Shown here in pieces: positions 38,089-51,654 of a DNA stretch of 64,000 nt; positions within the stretch are counted from its first letter, which is position 1, and every line of letters starts with the position of its first letter. The translations under genes were made by a program, and so were the position numbers. The notes under the pieces are model-generated. The model was not told where the DNA came from and did not search any database. It worked only from the letters and a program-made list of their open reading frames with translations. This stretch comes from the human T2T-CHM13v2.0 reference genome, Homo sapiens, in NCBI RefSeq assembly GCF_009914755.1, contig NC_060937.1; one strand, written 5' to 3'.

Positions 38089-41000
38089 CAACCCCACATT
38101 TCCCTTCCATACAGCCCTAACAGAGGTTCTTCATGAGGCCAGCCCACCTCCCCCCACCCCGTGCCCCACAGCAAACTTCTGCCTGTACATCCAAGAGTTT
38201 CCATACATCCTCTGAAATCTAGGCAGAGGTTCCAAAACCTCAATTCTTGATTTCTGTATATCTGCAGGCTCAACACCACATGGAAGCTGCCAAGGCTTGG
38301 GGCTTGTACCCTCTGAAGTCATGGCCTGAGTGGTACCTTGTCCCTTTTAGCATGGATGGAGCAGCTGGAACACAGGGCACCAACTCCCTAGGCTGTACAC
38401 AGTGGTGGGCCCTGGGCCTGACCCATGAAACCAGTTTTTCCTCCTAGGCCTCCGGGCCTGTGATGGGAGGGGCTGCCATGAAGGTCTCTGATGTGCCCTG
38501 GATACATTTTCCCCATTGTTTTGGCGATTAACATTTGGCTCCTCATTATTTATGCAAATTCCTGCAGCTGGCTTGGATTTCTTCTCAGAAAATGGCTTTT
38601 TCTTTTCTATCACATCATCAGTTTGCAAATTTTTGAACTTTTATGCTCTGCTTCATTTTTAAACACAAATTCCAATTGTAAACCATATCTTTGTGAATAC
38701 ATAAAACTGAATGATTTTAATAGCACCCAAGTCATCTCTTGAACACTTTGCTGCTTAAAAATTTCTTTTGCCAGATGCCCTAACTCATCTCTCTCAAGTT
38801 CAAAGTTCCACACATTTCTAGGGCAGGGGCAAAATGCTAAAGGATTTTGCTAAAATGTTATGCTCTTTGCTAAAGCATAACAAGGGTCACTTTTACTCCA
38901 GTTCCCAATAAGTTCCTCTTTTCCATCTGAGACCACCTCAACCTGGACTTTATTGTTCATATCATTGTCAATATTTTGGTCAAAACTATTCAACAAGTCT
39001 CTAGGAAGTTCCAAATTTTCCTACTTTTTTTGTCTTATTCCGAGCACTTAGAACTGTTCCAACCTCTACCTGTTACCCAGTTCCAAAGTCATTTCCACAA
39101 TTTTGGAACAGCAGCTCCCCACTCTTTCGATACTACTTTACTGTATTAGTCTGTTCTCATGCTGCTAACAAAGACATACCTGAGACTGGTTTATTTATAA
39201 AGGAACGAGGTTTAATGGATTCACAGTTCCACATGACTGGGGGTGGTCTCACAATCATGGTGGAAGGCAGAGGAGAAGCAGAGGCACATCTTACATGCCA
39301 GCAGGGAAGAGAGCTTATGCAGGGAAACTTCCATTTATAAATCCATCACATCTTGTGAGACTTATTTACTATCATGAGAATAGTATGAGAGAAACCACCC
39401 CCATGATTCAATTATCTCCACCTGACCCTGCCCTTGAAATATGGGGATTATTGACATTCAAGGTGAGATTTGGGTGGGGACACTGTCAGACTGTATCATT
39501 GGCTTTTTGTCTCTCTTTTTGGCTCGCCCCTTCTGGTGAAGCAAGCTGCAATGTTTTGAGATGCTCTATGGAGAGATCTGTGATCTATATCCAAGGAACT
39601 AGACGTGGCCTTTGGCCAATAGCCAGTGAATAATGAGGCCCTCACACATACAGCCCACAATGAACTGAATCCTATGAACTACCGCATGAGTGAGTTTGGA
39701 ACAGGATCTCCCTAAGTTGAGCACTGAGATGACTTGCAGCCCTATGCAATTGCTTGAATGACACCCTGACACAGAGGACCCAGTTAAGCTGTCTTTGGAT
39801 TTCTTATTTACAGAAACTGTGAAATAATAGATGTTGTCATTTCAAGTCACTATGTTTTGGGGTAATTTGTTATACAGTAATAGATAAATAATACAGATAG
39901 GTAGGGTCAGATCATATTGAGATTTATGGGCTATGGTAAGGAGTTTGTATTCTCATTACAGTATAGGGAAGGATATGACCACATTTTAAAAGATCACTTT
40001 GACAGCTGTGTGGGGGAACTAACAGCACAGAGGCAAGAGTAGAAGTGGAAGGACTAACTAGGAGGCCCTCACAGAAGTATGTTTGGACATAGTGCTCATA
40101 TAACTCACTGGGTATTGGATGTAGGGGATAAAGGAAACAGAAGAATTACAGTTGATTTCTATGATTTTGGCTTGATTAACTGGATAGATGAATGAGCCAT
40201 TTGCTGAGATAAGGTTAGAGGAAGAATTAAGTTGGGGTAGATATGGAAATATTCATGTTGAAGATAATATATCCAGATGGAGATGTAAATAGGGAAAAGT
40301 CAGAGGTTCAGACATGCCTGAGTATGTCTGGAAGATGGGTGGGGCAGTTCTTTGGGTGAATCTACTTACATGAGTGCTCAGAAGCCTCTTGAGAAAGAAC
40401 TAGCCTAGCCTAAGAGAAGTCAAGGTGCTTTATTTGTTTGAAAGAAAAGAAGCCAAAGTTAGGGTTGGTAAGCCTGTGTATACCACCTCATCTTCTAGCT
40501 TAGGCCACATGTCCTAGGGTAAGGGGGATACAATAACAGCCTCAATAAAAATAAAAATAAACACTTTCAATAACATCTCCATTGATTCAACATTTATCAG
40601 TCCAAGGGACAGAAGTTCTGCAGAAATGGGAGATGGTGGTCCTGGAACAGACATCAGCACTTATGATATGAGGCAGCCTTGACTTGCATATTGATGGGTC
40701 TAAGCAATGTTATTGGTGGTGTTGTCAACCACTGGTGATGACCACTTCTGAGAGCTGCAGTAACATGGCTGCCACTTTTGTCCTCAGTAGTGATAGGAGC
40801 TATCACTGCAGAAACAGGAGAGGAAATGGTGGATGCCTCATTTTAGCCAAGAAGGCCCTTCTTGGGAATTTTCTTTTGTTTAGGAATTTGAAATGGGCTG
40901 AGCTTTCTCAACTGGGATGGAATTGGACTTTTATCAGGAACCAATTTCTACCCTTAGGACATGTTCTCTAGAAAACAGGGGATGTAGAAGAGTCATTAAA

Positions 41001-42969
41001 GGAAAAAAAACTTCTATATTTGTTGAAAAATTGTCAAGAACATTAACTCTTGAAGCATACAACGTACATATATAAAATCCTAGATGATATTAATACTATT
41101 TACTATTTAGACAAGCAATTGATGTGCTTTATGCTTTGAATGTTTATGTTCAAAAGAACATCATAGGTAAGTGTGTCTATTTTCATCCTACTTCTCAGGA
41201 AAATCATGGATATGTTTTACTCTCAGTTATGTTTATATCTATGGTTGACACATTTGCTTTCTCCTCAATTATTAGTTTTTATTTTATAACCTCATTTCTT
41301 AACCTTGTTAAGATTCTTTTACTGTATGCCCTTTCAAGTTTTTCTTCTTCCAAGAAAAATGAGGGTGTTAAATAAAACATTTTAGGGTGACTCAATATTG
41401 AATTATAAATATCCTTAGTATTTTTTAATACCATGCAATATGGCATAAATTTTGTTTTCATATGTCACTCTTTAGGTTTAAATACTTGTCATTTCTAAAC
41501 AGGAAAAAAAAGAGATTCAAACTATTGAACTCCTTTTTGTCTTTGACCTCCCTGCTGCCTCTGCCTTTTTTTTTTTTTCAAATATAAAGGTTTGGAACAT
41601 TGAGCTTCTTGAGAGCTAACTGCTTTGAGAAAAAATTTGCAGCCTAGGGGAGGTTAGTTTTTTTTTTTTTTTGAATGAGAAAGTTAACTGAGTAGAAAGA
41701 GTATAAAAATATTAGCAAATGTGCTCCAAATATTTGCTCTAATATACTCAAAATAAAATTTTTCTTTAATGCTGATTTCTATTTTTTCCATACTACCCGT
41801 TTTTAAAATTATAGCACATATTATCTTTCTTGAACACAGCATTTATTACTTCTGAATTTATTACTTCTGATATGATTCATGAATTAATGACCAGCAAACT
41901 TGATAGTGTAGAAAAAAATATTATATATTAAAATTTCAGATGTGATAAGATGAAATTACGAATAGGGTTGATACACATTGTATTATTCCACTACTTATTG
42001 AGAAAAAAATCTTCTGAATCCTTACCTACTATTATATTTTTCTGTTGAAATTAATCTTATATATAGTTCAACATTTAGAAAAACTGATGAGAACTGAAAA
42101 GCCTGGAAAGAGATTCTTCTGTTAAAATTAGATGATGCTGTGGGATCTCTTTCTAGTTGGTATTCCTAGACCTGACCCTAAGGTTTAATTAGGGTGAATC
42201 AGTTAATGCCTAGAAATGTTCAAATGAGTTACCTACTGCTTGAAAACGAAGAATTGGCCATATATTCACCTCTTTAGGGGTGTTAAGTTTTGAACACTGG
42301 AGCACTAGTTTTTCAAGTGGAACACTATCACTTGAATTTGCAATCTGACATTTATACTCTGCTAATCTACCTTCAGGGAAAACGTGTCAGTCCGTTTAGG
42401 TGGCAGAATTAGAGACAGCCTTAAAAAGCAATCAGATTCTTATATGATCATTCCTTCTCTATCAAGAATAAAATCAATCTCAACTTTTAGTAGGTACATA
42501 TACTTAGCATGCATTGTTATTCCTGGCCTCATTTGATATGTTTACTAGTTAGCTGACTTTTACATTACTAATCCAATATCTATGCCACTTTTTTGGTATT
42601 ATCTGCTTTTATGTGAAATGATATAAGAAATTACCCCCATAACCAAGAATATAAGTAAAATAAAAGAGGTTGGGTTTATCACCCTAAAATATAAATATTT
42701 AATAACATTTAAATTTATTTACTTTTTCGGAGTTAAGTGCTAATTTCAAATAGCATCATAAAATGGCATTACATTATGAAAATAATAAGGTGCTTGCAGG
42801 TGCCAACCTGCACCTAACAGAATACCCTACACATAGTAGAGGCTCAGTAAAAACTTATGGGGTAATTTAATATGTCTGACTTGAGATTTGACAACGAACA
42901 CAATTTTGAAAGTTAATTTTTTTTAATTTGTGTTCATTCAACAAATTCTTTTTGATAGATTTACCTCAA

Positions 42970-43440
42970 TAACTAGGGATGTAGCTGGCCTCAGGGATTT
43001 CAAAGACTAAAACAGTGTTGTTAGGTCTGTCTCTCTGTTCATCCTGCTCTGTTTCTCTCTGCTGGTTGGCACATTCTCCCTATTTCAGACGAACTTCCTT
43101 CATGTGGTGAGAGCAGGAGTTCATGGCCATAAGCTGCTTTAAGTTAGGGACCCAAAGGGAAGAGGGATCTCCTCCCTTTATAGAGCCTATTTATAGCATC
43201 CCGGAGAAGGACTGTGTTCCTATTGGTCTGGCTGGGATCATGTGTCTATCCTTGGCCCAGGTATAATGGCCAAGGAGATGCATTGCTAGCCAGGGCTGGG
43301 CCACATACCCATCTTTGTGCCTAAGGGTATAAATTATTGTAATTAGCAGTTAGAGACACATAGAGTATAGGGGGAAGGTGAGGAGATGGTGGTAGTTCAC
43401 CAAAAGAAGTAGGAGTGTTGTTACAAGAAGAATGTTGAAA
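42970..43440 (-). mobile_element. Old MaLR/ERVL LTR (MLT1J/K or LTR33-like)
   Basis: ATTGGTCTGGCTGGGATCATGTGTCTATCCTTGGCC and GGGCTGGGCCACATACCC motifs. Confidence 0.45.
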
Positions 43441-43704
43441 GTCCATCTAGGTAGACAAAACAGGTATCTCTGACACATGTTCCTGTTTGTTGGGGTCTGA
43501 GCTAGATAGTGGTCTTTCTACTGTGTGTGCACTCAGTAAAGTGGGGGAGAAAAATATGAACGGTGACAAATGGCAAAGGGGAAAGTTCTGGGGCGGGGGG
43601 GCAGGCCCAAAATGCCACAGCCCAGAGGACATATTTTGCTTGGGGAAGCCTAGAATCCCTTCTCAGAGATGGTGACATGAAGAGTGGATGGGAGTTTCCA
43701 GGGG

Positions 43705-43737
<33 letters not shown>

Positions 43738-43742
43738 TGTGT
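43705..43742. repeat. (GT)n microsatellite
   Basis: About 19 GT units with one interruption. Confidence 0.95.
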
Positions 43743-43812
43743 AGCATTCAATACACGTTTGTTGGCTGCATGAATAAAAGAATGATAAAATAGCATTTGA
43801 GGCAGAGAATCA

Positions 43813-44205
<393 letters not shown>

Positions 44206-44274
44206 AATAGACAGAGAGATAGATATTGAAAGAGAAGGTAACAGGAAGAGCTGAGTCTTGAGGGCTTACGAGAT

Positions 44275-44450
44275 CCATTGATTTATTCAACAACTATTTA
44301 CTGAGCACCTATGTAATGTGGCAGGCACATATAATAAAAATAATCTAAAACAATTGCATTGAATGTTATTCAGTATGCGATAAGAGGAGTGACATGATCA
44401 GAAATGAGTTTCAAAAGATAATTTTGGCAACAATGTATGAATGTACCTTA
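44275..44450 (-). mobile_element. L2 fragments
   Basis: ATTCAACAACTATTTACTGAGCACCTA; GAGGAGTGACATGATCAGA. Confidence 0.55.
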
Positions 44451-45257
44451 CAAAGGAAAAGTAAGATACTTGTTCATTTATTTTTTCTGTGATTTATTTA
44501 TTCCACTCTGATGTGCCCACTTCTTGAGTCTTTTAATTCCTTCCTCACCACCTGCCTTGATAACTCTGGCATTTCTATTTCATTTAGTGAGGGCTATCTT
44601 TTTCTCCAAGCTTCCCGGAGCCACCCTACCAATGCGTTTGGATTGTCTCCCTGGATCCTTGCCAACGTGGTAAGTTCTATGTCACAGGAGTGCTGCTGTG
44701 ACATAAACTCTTCCCTGTCCAGTTTACGTTCTGCTCCTGGTGATCTAGTACTCTTAGGCTCCAGTCCTTTGTGTACTGTTCTGGTTTCTGTGGGACCTCT
44801 TGGGGTCTTGTGGCAATATTAAGGTATAATCCCTTTGTTTTCTTAGCAGACCCAATACTACTTCAGTGGGATTATAGTTTGACTTGGTTATTGGTCTGGT
44901 GGCCAGGAGGTGGGAGTAGATCAAGAGTGCCCTGTGTATTCATGTGTGTGTGTGTGTGTTTAATATTATAAGGCAGAAGTCTCTTAATACTTTTTAAGAA
45001 ACGAGAGGGTCACTAGACTTTAACTGGGAGGAGTGGGCCACTTCTGCAGGCCCAAAGGGCTCAGGAAAAATTGAGGATATAAGATTTTTGAATGTATCAA
45101 TGCAGATATCCCATGTTTTAACTTCCCGCTACTTCCCAGTCAGGGCTCTGATCTTGGTGTAGCAAATGAGTCAAAGTTGAGAGTACAACTTCCCCTGGAG
45201 CTCTGCTAGTCTTAAATTAAGTCATGAGTCTAACCCTCCCAAGTTTTTCTTACCCAA

Positions 45258-45659
45258 TGATATGATTTGGCTCTGTGTCCCCACCCAAATCTCACGTTGA
45301 ATTGTAATCCCCAGTGTTGCAGGTGGGACCTGGTGGGAGGTGATTGGAACATGGGGATGGTTTCTGATGGTTTAGCACCATTCCCCTGGTTCTGTCTTAT
45401 GATAGAGTTCTCACGAGATCTGGTGGTTTGAAAGTGTGTAGCACACCCCATACCCCTCTTTGCTCTCTTCCTCCTGCTCCAGCCATTTAGATGTGCCTCC
45501 TTCCTTTTTGCCTTGTGCCATGATTGTAAGTTTCCTGAGGCCTTCCCAGCCATGCTTCCTGTATAGCCTGTGGAACCACAAGCCAATTAAACCTCTTTTC
45601 TTTATAAATTACCCAGTTGCAGGTAGTTCTTTATAGCAGTGTGAGAACGAACTGATACG
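45258..45659 (+). mobile_element. MSTA/B-like solo LTR
   Basis: TGATATGATTTGGCTCTGTGTCCCC start; CATGATTGTAAGTTTCCTGAGGCC; AAATTACCCAG near the end. Confidence 0.9.
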
Positions 45660-47057
45660 GCATCTGGTTGTAAAAAATGAGAATCTCTTTATATACTACC
45701 TAGGAAGGGCCCCCTCTACCCTGCTTGAATAATTATACTTTAATTAATGATTACTCACTCTCAGCTATTTACTGTCTTTCCCCAAAACATCAGTTGATCC
45801 TACCAACATGAACTACAAATCCCTGCTATGCTGCATCAGGCCATGCATTCCCTTCCACTGGTACACAGGTCTAGCTCTCCACTGAGGAAAATTTTGACAA
45901 TTGAACTGTTACTTATGCCAGGGGCTCTCTGTGCTCCCCCTACTACTAATGAAGGGGTCCTGTGAGCTGGCCAGCTATTGATACAGCTGATACAACATCC
46001 CACTTCAGAGTCTGCTTCCTTGGACCAACATCTGAGACAGATTTGGGTGAAATAACTTTATCAAAAAGTGCATGAGTTCAACATCTAGGGTGACTAGGAA
46101 GCAGGATTGTACCCAGAAGTTGAACTACAATGCACTTGCAACAAAGCCCTCAATCAACCCTGAGGCCTGTAATGCCTTTGATTGACCAGTCATTAGAAGC
46201 AAGGAGTGGGTGAGGGAGCTGTCTTTAATGCAGGACAATGCCTGGAGATGGATGCGGCTGAGAATGGTTGGCCACCAATGCACACAACAACTGGGGAGTA
46301 AATTCTCGAGCAGGATCTGGGCTAGCATTTGGGACCTTCAAGCATTCAGTGGGCATGGAGAGGTGGGGCAGGTCTTCCCTTTCTAGTGAGTTTAGTCTTC
46401 ATCCTGTGGAAGGAGGTACAGGAATCACAAGTAGGCTGATTATCCTAACAATAAGATTGTTAAAGGGATAAAGAATGTGCAGAAAAGATGTAGAGAAGAA
46501 ATTGCCTTTTCTTTTGAACAAAAGGTGGGGAGTTCTCAACATTGAGTATGTTCAGTAAATTGGTCTGGCTTTTTAAAAGCTAGCTATAGCAAACACTTTA
46601 TTTAAAAGTTTCCTACAGAAAAATAATAACTTTTTCAATGAGTTTGATATTCTGTACATTATGAGTTCCTTCTTTTTAGACTCTGGCTGAAAGAGTAGCT
46701 TTTATAATGTGATTTTTGAAAACAAGAAGTTTCACAGGCACACAAAGCCTGCTTCTTAGGAGTAAGTGAAGATACCATGCACAGACTCTAAAGAGTGCTA
46801 ATTTTTCTTCTCTGATAGGACTAAAACTTACTTGGTACATGTGTAAAGAAGAGATCATTCATAATTTGTAGGGTTTTTGGAGAAAGCAAGATGTCTGCAT
46901 TACTGGTGGCATTTCTTCTATATGTAATATTAATTTTTTGCTAAGTCATTTTGTTGCCTTGTTTTTTTTCTGACAAACTCTGATTATAACAAAACAATCC
47001 CCCAAACCTTACTTTATTCACATAATTTTGTATACTTCTTATTTTTATATACTTTTT

Positions 47058-47433
47058 TGTTATATTAAAATATAAACTTAGGCACATTAAAATTTATGGA
47101 GTTTATTTGAGCAGACTGATTTATGAATTGGGCAGCTCCAAACAGACCACATGTGGCTGGAGGCTCTGCCCAAGGGGAATGAGGGGAAGGCTTTTATAGG
47201 GTGAACATGGAAGCAAAGCAAACAGTATTTGATTGGTCATAGTGGAGCAGTAGCCTTATTTGGATCATTTCAGTGGAAAGTCCCTAGTTAGAGGTTAGTT
47301 GACAGTTTCTGCTTGGTTAAGCTTAAATTTTGTTTTACTGTTTATACTGAGTCGGGTTTCAATTTGATTACATGGGAACCCAGGGTGCAGGAGCCACCTC
47401 AGTCTGATGACCTCCCAATTAATTATTTTAACA
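47058..47433 (-). mobile_element. MER93-like (ERV1) solo LTR
   Basis: Minus strand starts TGTTAAAATAATTAATTGGGAGG, with TATAAAAG and AATAAA; TG...CA ends. Confidence 0.7.
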
Positions 47434-47779
47434 GTTATTATTGCCTACTTTTAAAGATGAGGACACTGAGGCTCTTAGGAATTAAATGAATTGCCAGATT
47501 CCACAATTCTGCCTCCCAGGGCCTGTGACCTTTTCTAATACTACAAGACCTGGGATTTATTTGTAGTCTCTTGCAGCCAGATAACTCAGCAGTTTACCTA
47601 TAATTCAGAAGCAGAAGAAGGGGGAGGAGAGGGTGGAGGACAGAGAGTGTGAGCCCTTCTGAAATGAATCCAATTACATGGCATAGAAGAAGTTTCATTC
47701 TGCCGTGGGCAGTGAAACACCTTGGACCCACCCTGGATATCGAAAGGGAGAAAAAGACCAAAGGGATGTGAAGAATTCA

Positions 47780-48130
47780 AGAGATTTACCCCAGGGTAGG
47801 GAAGTGATTCTGATGAAATGGCACCTGAAAACCACATTTGTTCTGGGAGCCTGAGACCAGGAAAGATGTAGACATTTTCTTGGAAAAAGTTCAAACAAGA
47901 AGTCAGGAAGATGATTGAGGGGTTGAAGGCACTGACTTAGGAGGACAGGTTAAAGGAATTAAATAGGTTCACCTTGGCTTAGAGAAAGCAAAGATAGACC
48001 TTGATAACCATGTGCAATTATTTGGATGTCTAAATATCAAGGAAGGTAAAGTGCTACTTGGGGTAGAACAAAGGAGTATAATTACATGAAAATTAAGACA
48101 ATGAAAAGCTGGAGTATGAAACAATTCATG
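47780..48130 (+). mobile_element. CR1/L3 fragment
   Basis: GATGATTGAGGGGTTG...GGACAGGTTAAAGGAATT...CACCTTGG resembles the L3 ORF2 end. Confidence 0.5.
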
Positions 48131-48483
48131 TTTACAAGAAAGTTCACAGCAGGTCTATTATCAACTTTGTGGTGTTAAAGGACCATTTTACAATAGACAA
48201 AAACTGCAGTACATAGTTTCATTACCTCAAAAATATTCTTGTTGTTATGCTGTAAATTGTATTGAACTTGAATTCAGATATTAGCTATGAAAAATGCTAT
48301 GGGATTGTACTACACAGATTACATCATCATTCAGCTGGGCACCAGGGACACTCCTTTTGCCATTTATTCCCGGCCTGCAAGTGACCCAAGGTGACAGGAA
48401 AGGCCCTGGACATCCCCTCCAGGAAAGAGGTTCAGTGACCAAAGAGGGTAGCTGAACACCAGAGGACACCTGGAGTGGTCAGT

Positions 48484-48528
48484 GCAGGGGCAGGGGCTGG
48501 GCAGGGGCTGGGCAGGGGCTGGGCAGGG
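48484..48528 (+). repeat. G-rich 11-bp tandem (GGGCAGGGGCT), G-quadruplex-capable
   Basis: About 4 units with eight runs of three or more G. Confidence 0.85.
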
Positions 48529-48857
48529 TTGTGGTTTACTCTTATGTTCCGTGATGAAGAAGCTATGAATGTCAAACACATACTGTGCCCTTGATTTGAA
48601 GAACCTTGGTTTGAATAACCTTGGTTTTAGGATTCTGTCTTTGACTCTTCTGCTATTTTAAAGTGTTTGTACTCTTTGTGCGTTTTATGCTGCTTTTGTA
48701 AGCTGGTCAGAAAATGCTTATATTTGATAAATATTTGCATTCCTTAATTACTTATAAAGTATTTTGAAATAGTATATGGAATTCCTAATATATACTTATT
48801 TTCACCCATACCCTTGTAGCTTAAGTGTTGATTTACTTTTGGGAGGAATGTCCCTGT

Positions 48858-49617
48858 TGAGACAGAGCAGGGACCCCTCTTAGGGGCTTGTTGGCCCCCC
48901 AAAACAGGGTAATAAAGGAAAATCTTGAGCTCCCTTGAGGGAAATTCCAGGCATCTAGCTAGCCTTGAAAAGTAAACAAACAACCTCATAAGTAAGAAGG
49001 TAATAGTAACTTAAAACAATCACCAAGGAGGTTAGAGTCAGGAGATGTTTTGTTCCCTATAGAAACTAAAGCTAACATGTTAATCATGTCACTGAGTTGT
49101 TTTTCAGAATCCAGACCCACACCAAATAGATCCACTGGCACGTAGACCTCAGATAAGGGGAAACTAAGGACTGAACTCTGACCTTTGCTTTTTGTTCTTA
49201 ATTTCTTCCTGAGGGACCTGGAGGAGGTCATGCCTACAAGCCAGAGCTAACATTCTTTTCTGCTGATCCCAAGTTTTTAGACAAAGCTTTGCGTCCTTAA
49301 CCAATGATGAATCAGAAAGTCTTTGAAGTCTACTTATGATCTGGGGGTCCCCACTTCTAGATGTCCTGTCTTTTTAGGTCAAATTAATGTTTAGCTTCCA
49401 TGTATTGACTTATGACTTTGCCTGTAACCTCTGCCTCTCTGCTTTTAAAAATTCTTACCTGTATGCTATCAGGGAGTTTGAGTTTTAAGTGTGAGATGCC
49501 CAATTCTCCTTGATTGGCATCTTGCAATAAATGCCTCACTTTATTTCACGGCTTTCCTGATGTCAGTGTTTGGCTTTGCTGCACCAGGTACACGGGCCCC
49601 AGTTCTGTTCAATAACA
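48858..49617 (+). mobile_element. MER39-like (ERV1) solo LTR
   Basis: TGAGACAGAGCAGGGACCCCTCTTAGGGG start, AATAAA, ...TAACA end; 4-bp TSD CTGT/CCGT. Confidence 0.8.
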
Positions 49618-50587
49618 CCGTCGTGAAGCATTCATTCCTTTTTTTTTATTTTCAAATTCTTGTGGACCAATACTTTTTAGAATACAATTATGAGAAAAAT
49701 GAAATTAAAAACCTCTAAGATGTACAAACTACAAATTCTTGATTTATTTATTTTTATATTTAACAGGGAAAATTTTGCGTCGTAAATTGTTACAAAATTT
49801 CTCAGCACTTAACAGTTCCGTGCTCCACACAAAAGTGCTTGGTTCTACTTTGGATTCTGCCAGTTCCTGATCATGTTGCCTTGGGCAACACATTTACCCA
49901 ACTAGAGCATGAATTTCCTTGTCCCTGAAATGGACATAACAATTCCTGTCCCTTAGGCATGGTGAACATCATGGGGCAGGAAGGAAGGGGGCTTGGCTTG
50001 TAACTAGTGAGATGCTAATTACACAGGACAGAGGGTGTGGGCGAAGTGGATCCTATGGGTGTGATGTAACTGAGCAAGTTCTTTTTCATTCATGGCAAAC
50101 AAGTCAGTTGTTTATCCAGTTATATTTCTTACATTTAAGGAACTGTCTTAAATTCTGAACTATTTAATTTTGAATGTTTTTCTTTTAGGAATTTTTTTCA
50201 TATTTTACTGGCCAGGGACCCACTGATGTAGGTCTCAAGAAGTTATATGTATCAGAATAACTTTGGAGCTTCGTCAAGTTATTCACATTGACCCCTTGCC
50301 CCAGATTTGACATATCCCCCTTTTCCCAGGCTGGGATCTACTTTTTCTAAGTTAATACATTGTGTGTCTTCCCCAGGATTTTGGCAGGTATCCCATAGTA
50401 CATATCAAAACATGAAAGGGGTAAAAGAATGGGGGCAGGGCAAAGTTGTATAGCTTTGAAATTTCTCACGGGACATTCTGATACCCCAGCCTTCAACCCT
50501 CATTTGAAGACAGTTCTTCTCTACATAGTGTTAGGAGGGCTTACAAGTAATTTTCAGGGACTCACGTTAACTTAAGAAGTACAGGTG

Positions 50588-50897
<310 letters not shown>

Positions 50898-51654
50898 GAA
50901 GTACAGGTGTTAGTAGCATGAGTACCTACAGATTGATTGGGGAAATAAGCTGGGGACAACTAAGTAATATGGAGGCCATCTATGTAGCCTGAACTATCAT
51001 TGCGTGTTAAAGTAACAGATTCACCATCATTAAGATTTAGGCAAGAGGAAGACATGCTTAGCTTTCAATGGGCAGGAACCTGCTAAGTTACTGAACTTTC
51101 AATAAAGGATATAGCGGGTCTGATTTTGCTTGGCCGTTTTTCAGATTTTCTGTGCTTTAAAAAGATTTTGTGAATCACAGAATGTCTTCTGTTTCGTGGA
51201 GGAGTTGCTGTGAACCTTCCATAGAAGATGGTATGCCATTTTACCACTTTGTTTATAAAATTTATTCATATTGGTATATTCATTCAATTACTCATTTAAT
51301 AAATTCTTAGTCATTAAATGTAGAAGATAATAACAAAATGAGATGATTGCTATATCCTTTCATACAACATTATTTTGTGATTTTGCTATATGACAAGTGG
51401 TACATACATGCAAAAGAAAACCTCAAACAACATTCTCAAATAGTAACTTAGAATCATGAAGCTGCTCAGAAAATATTGTACATGCAGTTTAATCTCATGT
51501 CTTTTATTTATCACACAATTATTTATTAGATTCTTATGGTTCCGTTGGTTTGACTTTGTGAAGTGTTTGGAAAAAGGTGTGGCTAAAAGTAAGACATTTG
51601 AAATGAAGTCATCTAGTGCAGTAATATAGGGGGAGGAGTTTCTAAAATTTAAGT

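Larger units (their letters stand above)
31781..39498 (-). mobile_element. Two-LTR THE1C/D-like provirus (3' LTR 31781-32192, 5' LTR 39142-39498) split by L1PB1
   Basis: Both LTRs read TGT[G/A]TTAGTCTGTTCTCATGCTGCT on +; internal sequence at 32193-32777 and 38089-39141 rejoins at the L1 TSD. Confidence 0.92.
31601..39895 (+). mobile_element. MLT1E/F-like LTR split by THE1 (pieces 31601-31780 and 39499-39895)
   Basis: CCACCTCCTGGGATTCATGCCCTTGTGTAATC on the left; CAGAAACTGTGAAATAAT...TAGATAAATAATACA on the right. Confidence 0.75.
31385..40300 (-). mobile_element. L2 split by nested insertions (pieces ~31385-31600 and ~39896-40300)
   Basis: AGGCAGAGGAATAG...AAGGCCCTAAGG on the left; GGTCAGATCAT...GGTAAGGAGTTTG...AAAAGATCACT on the right. 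Confidence 0.7.

Noticed and set aside
40660-40806. Possible minus-strand terminal coding exon (IAPITTEDKSG...)
   Set aside because: No recognisable protein and no partner exons.
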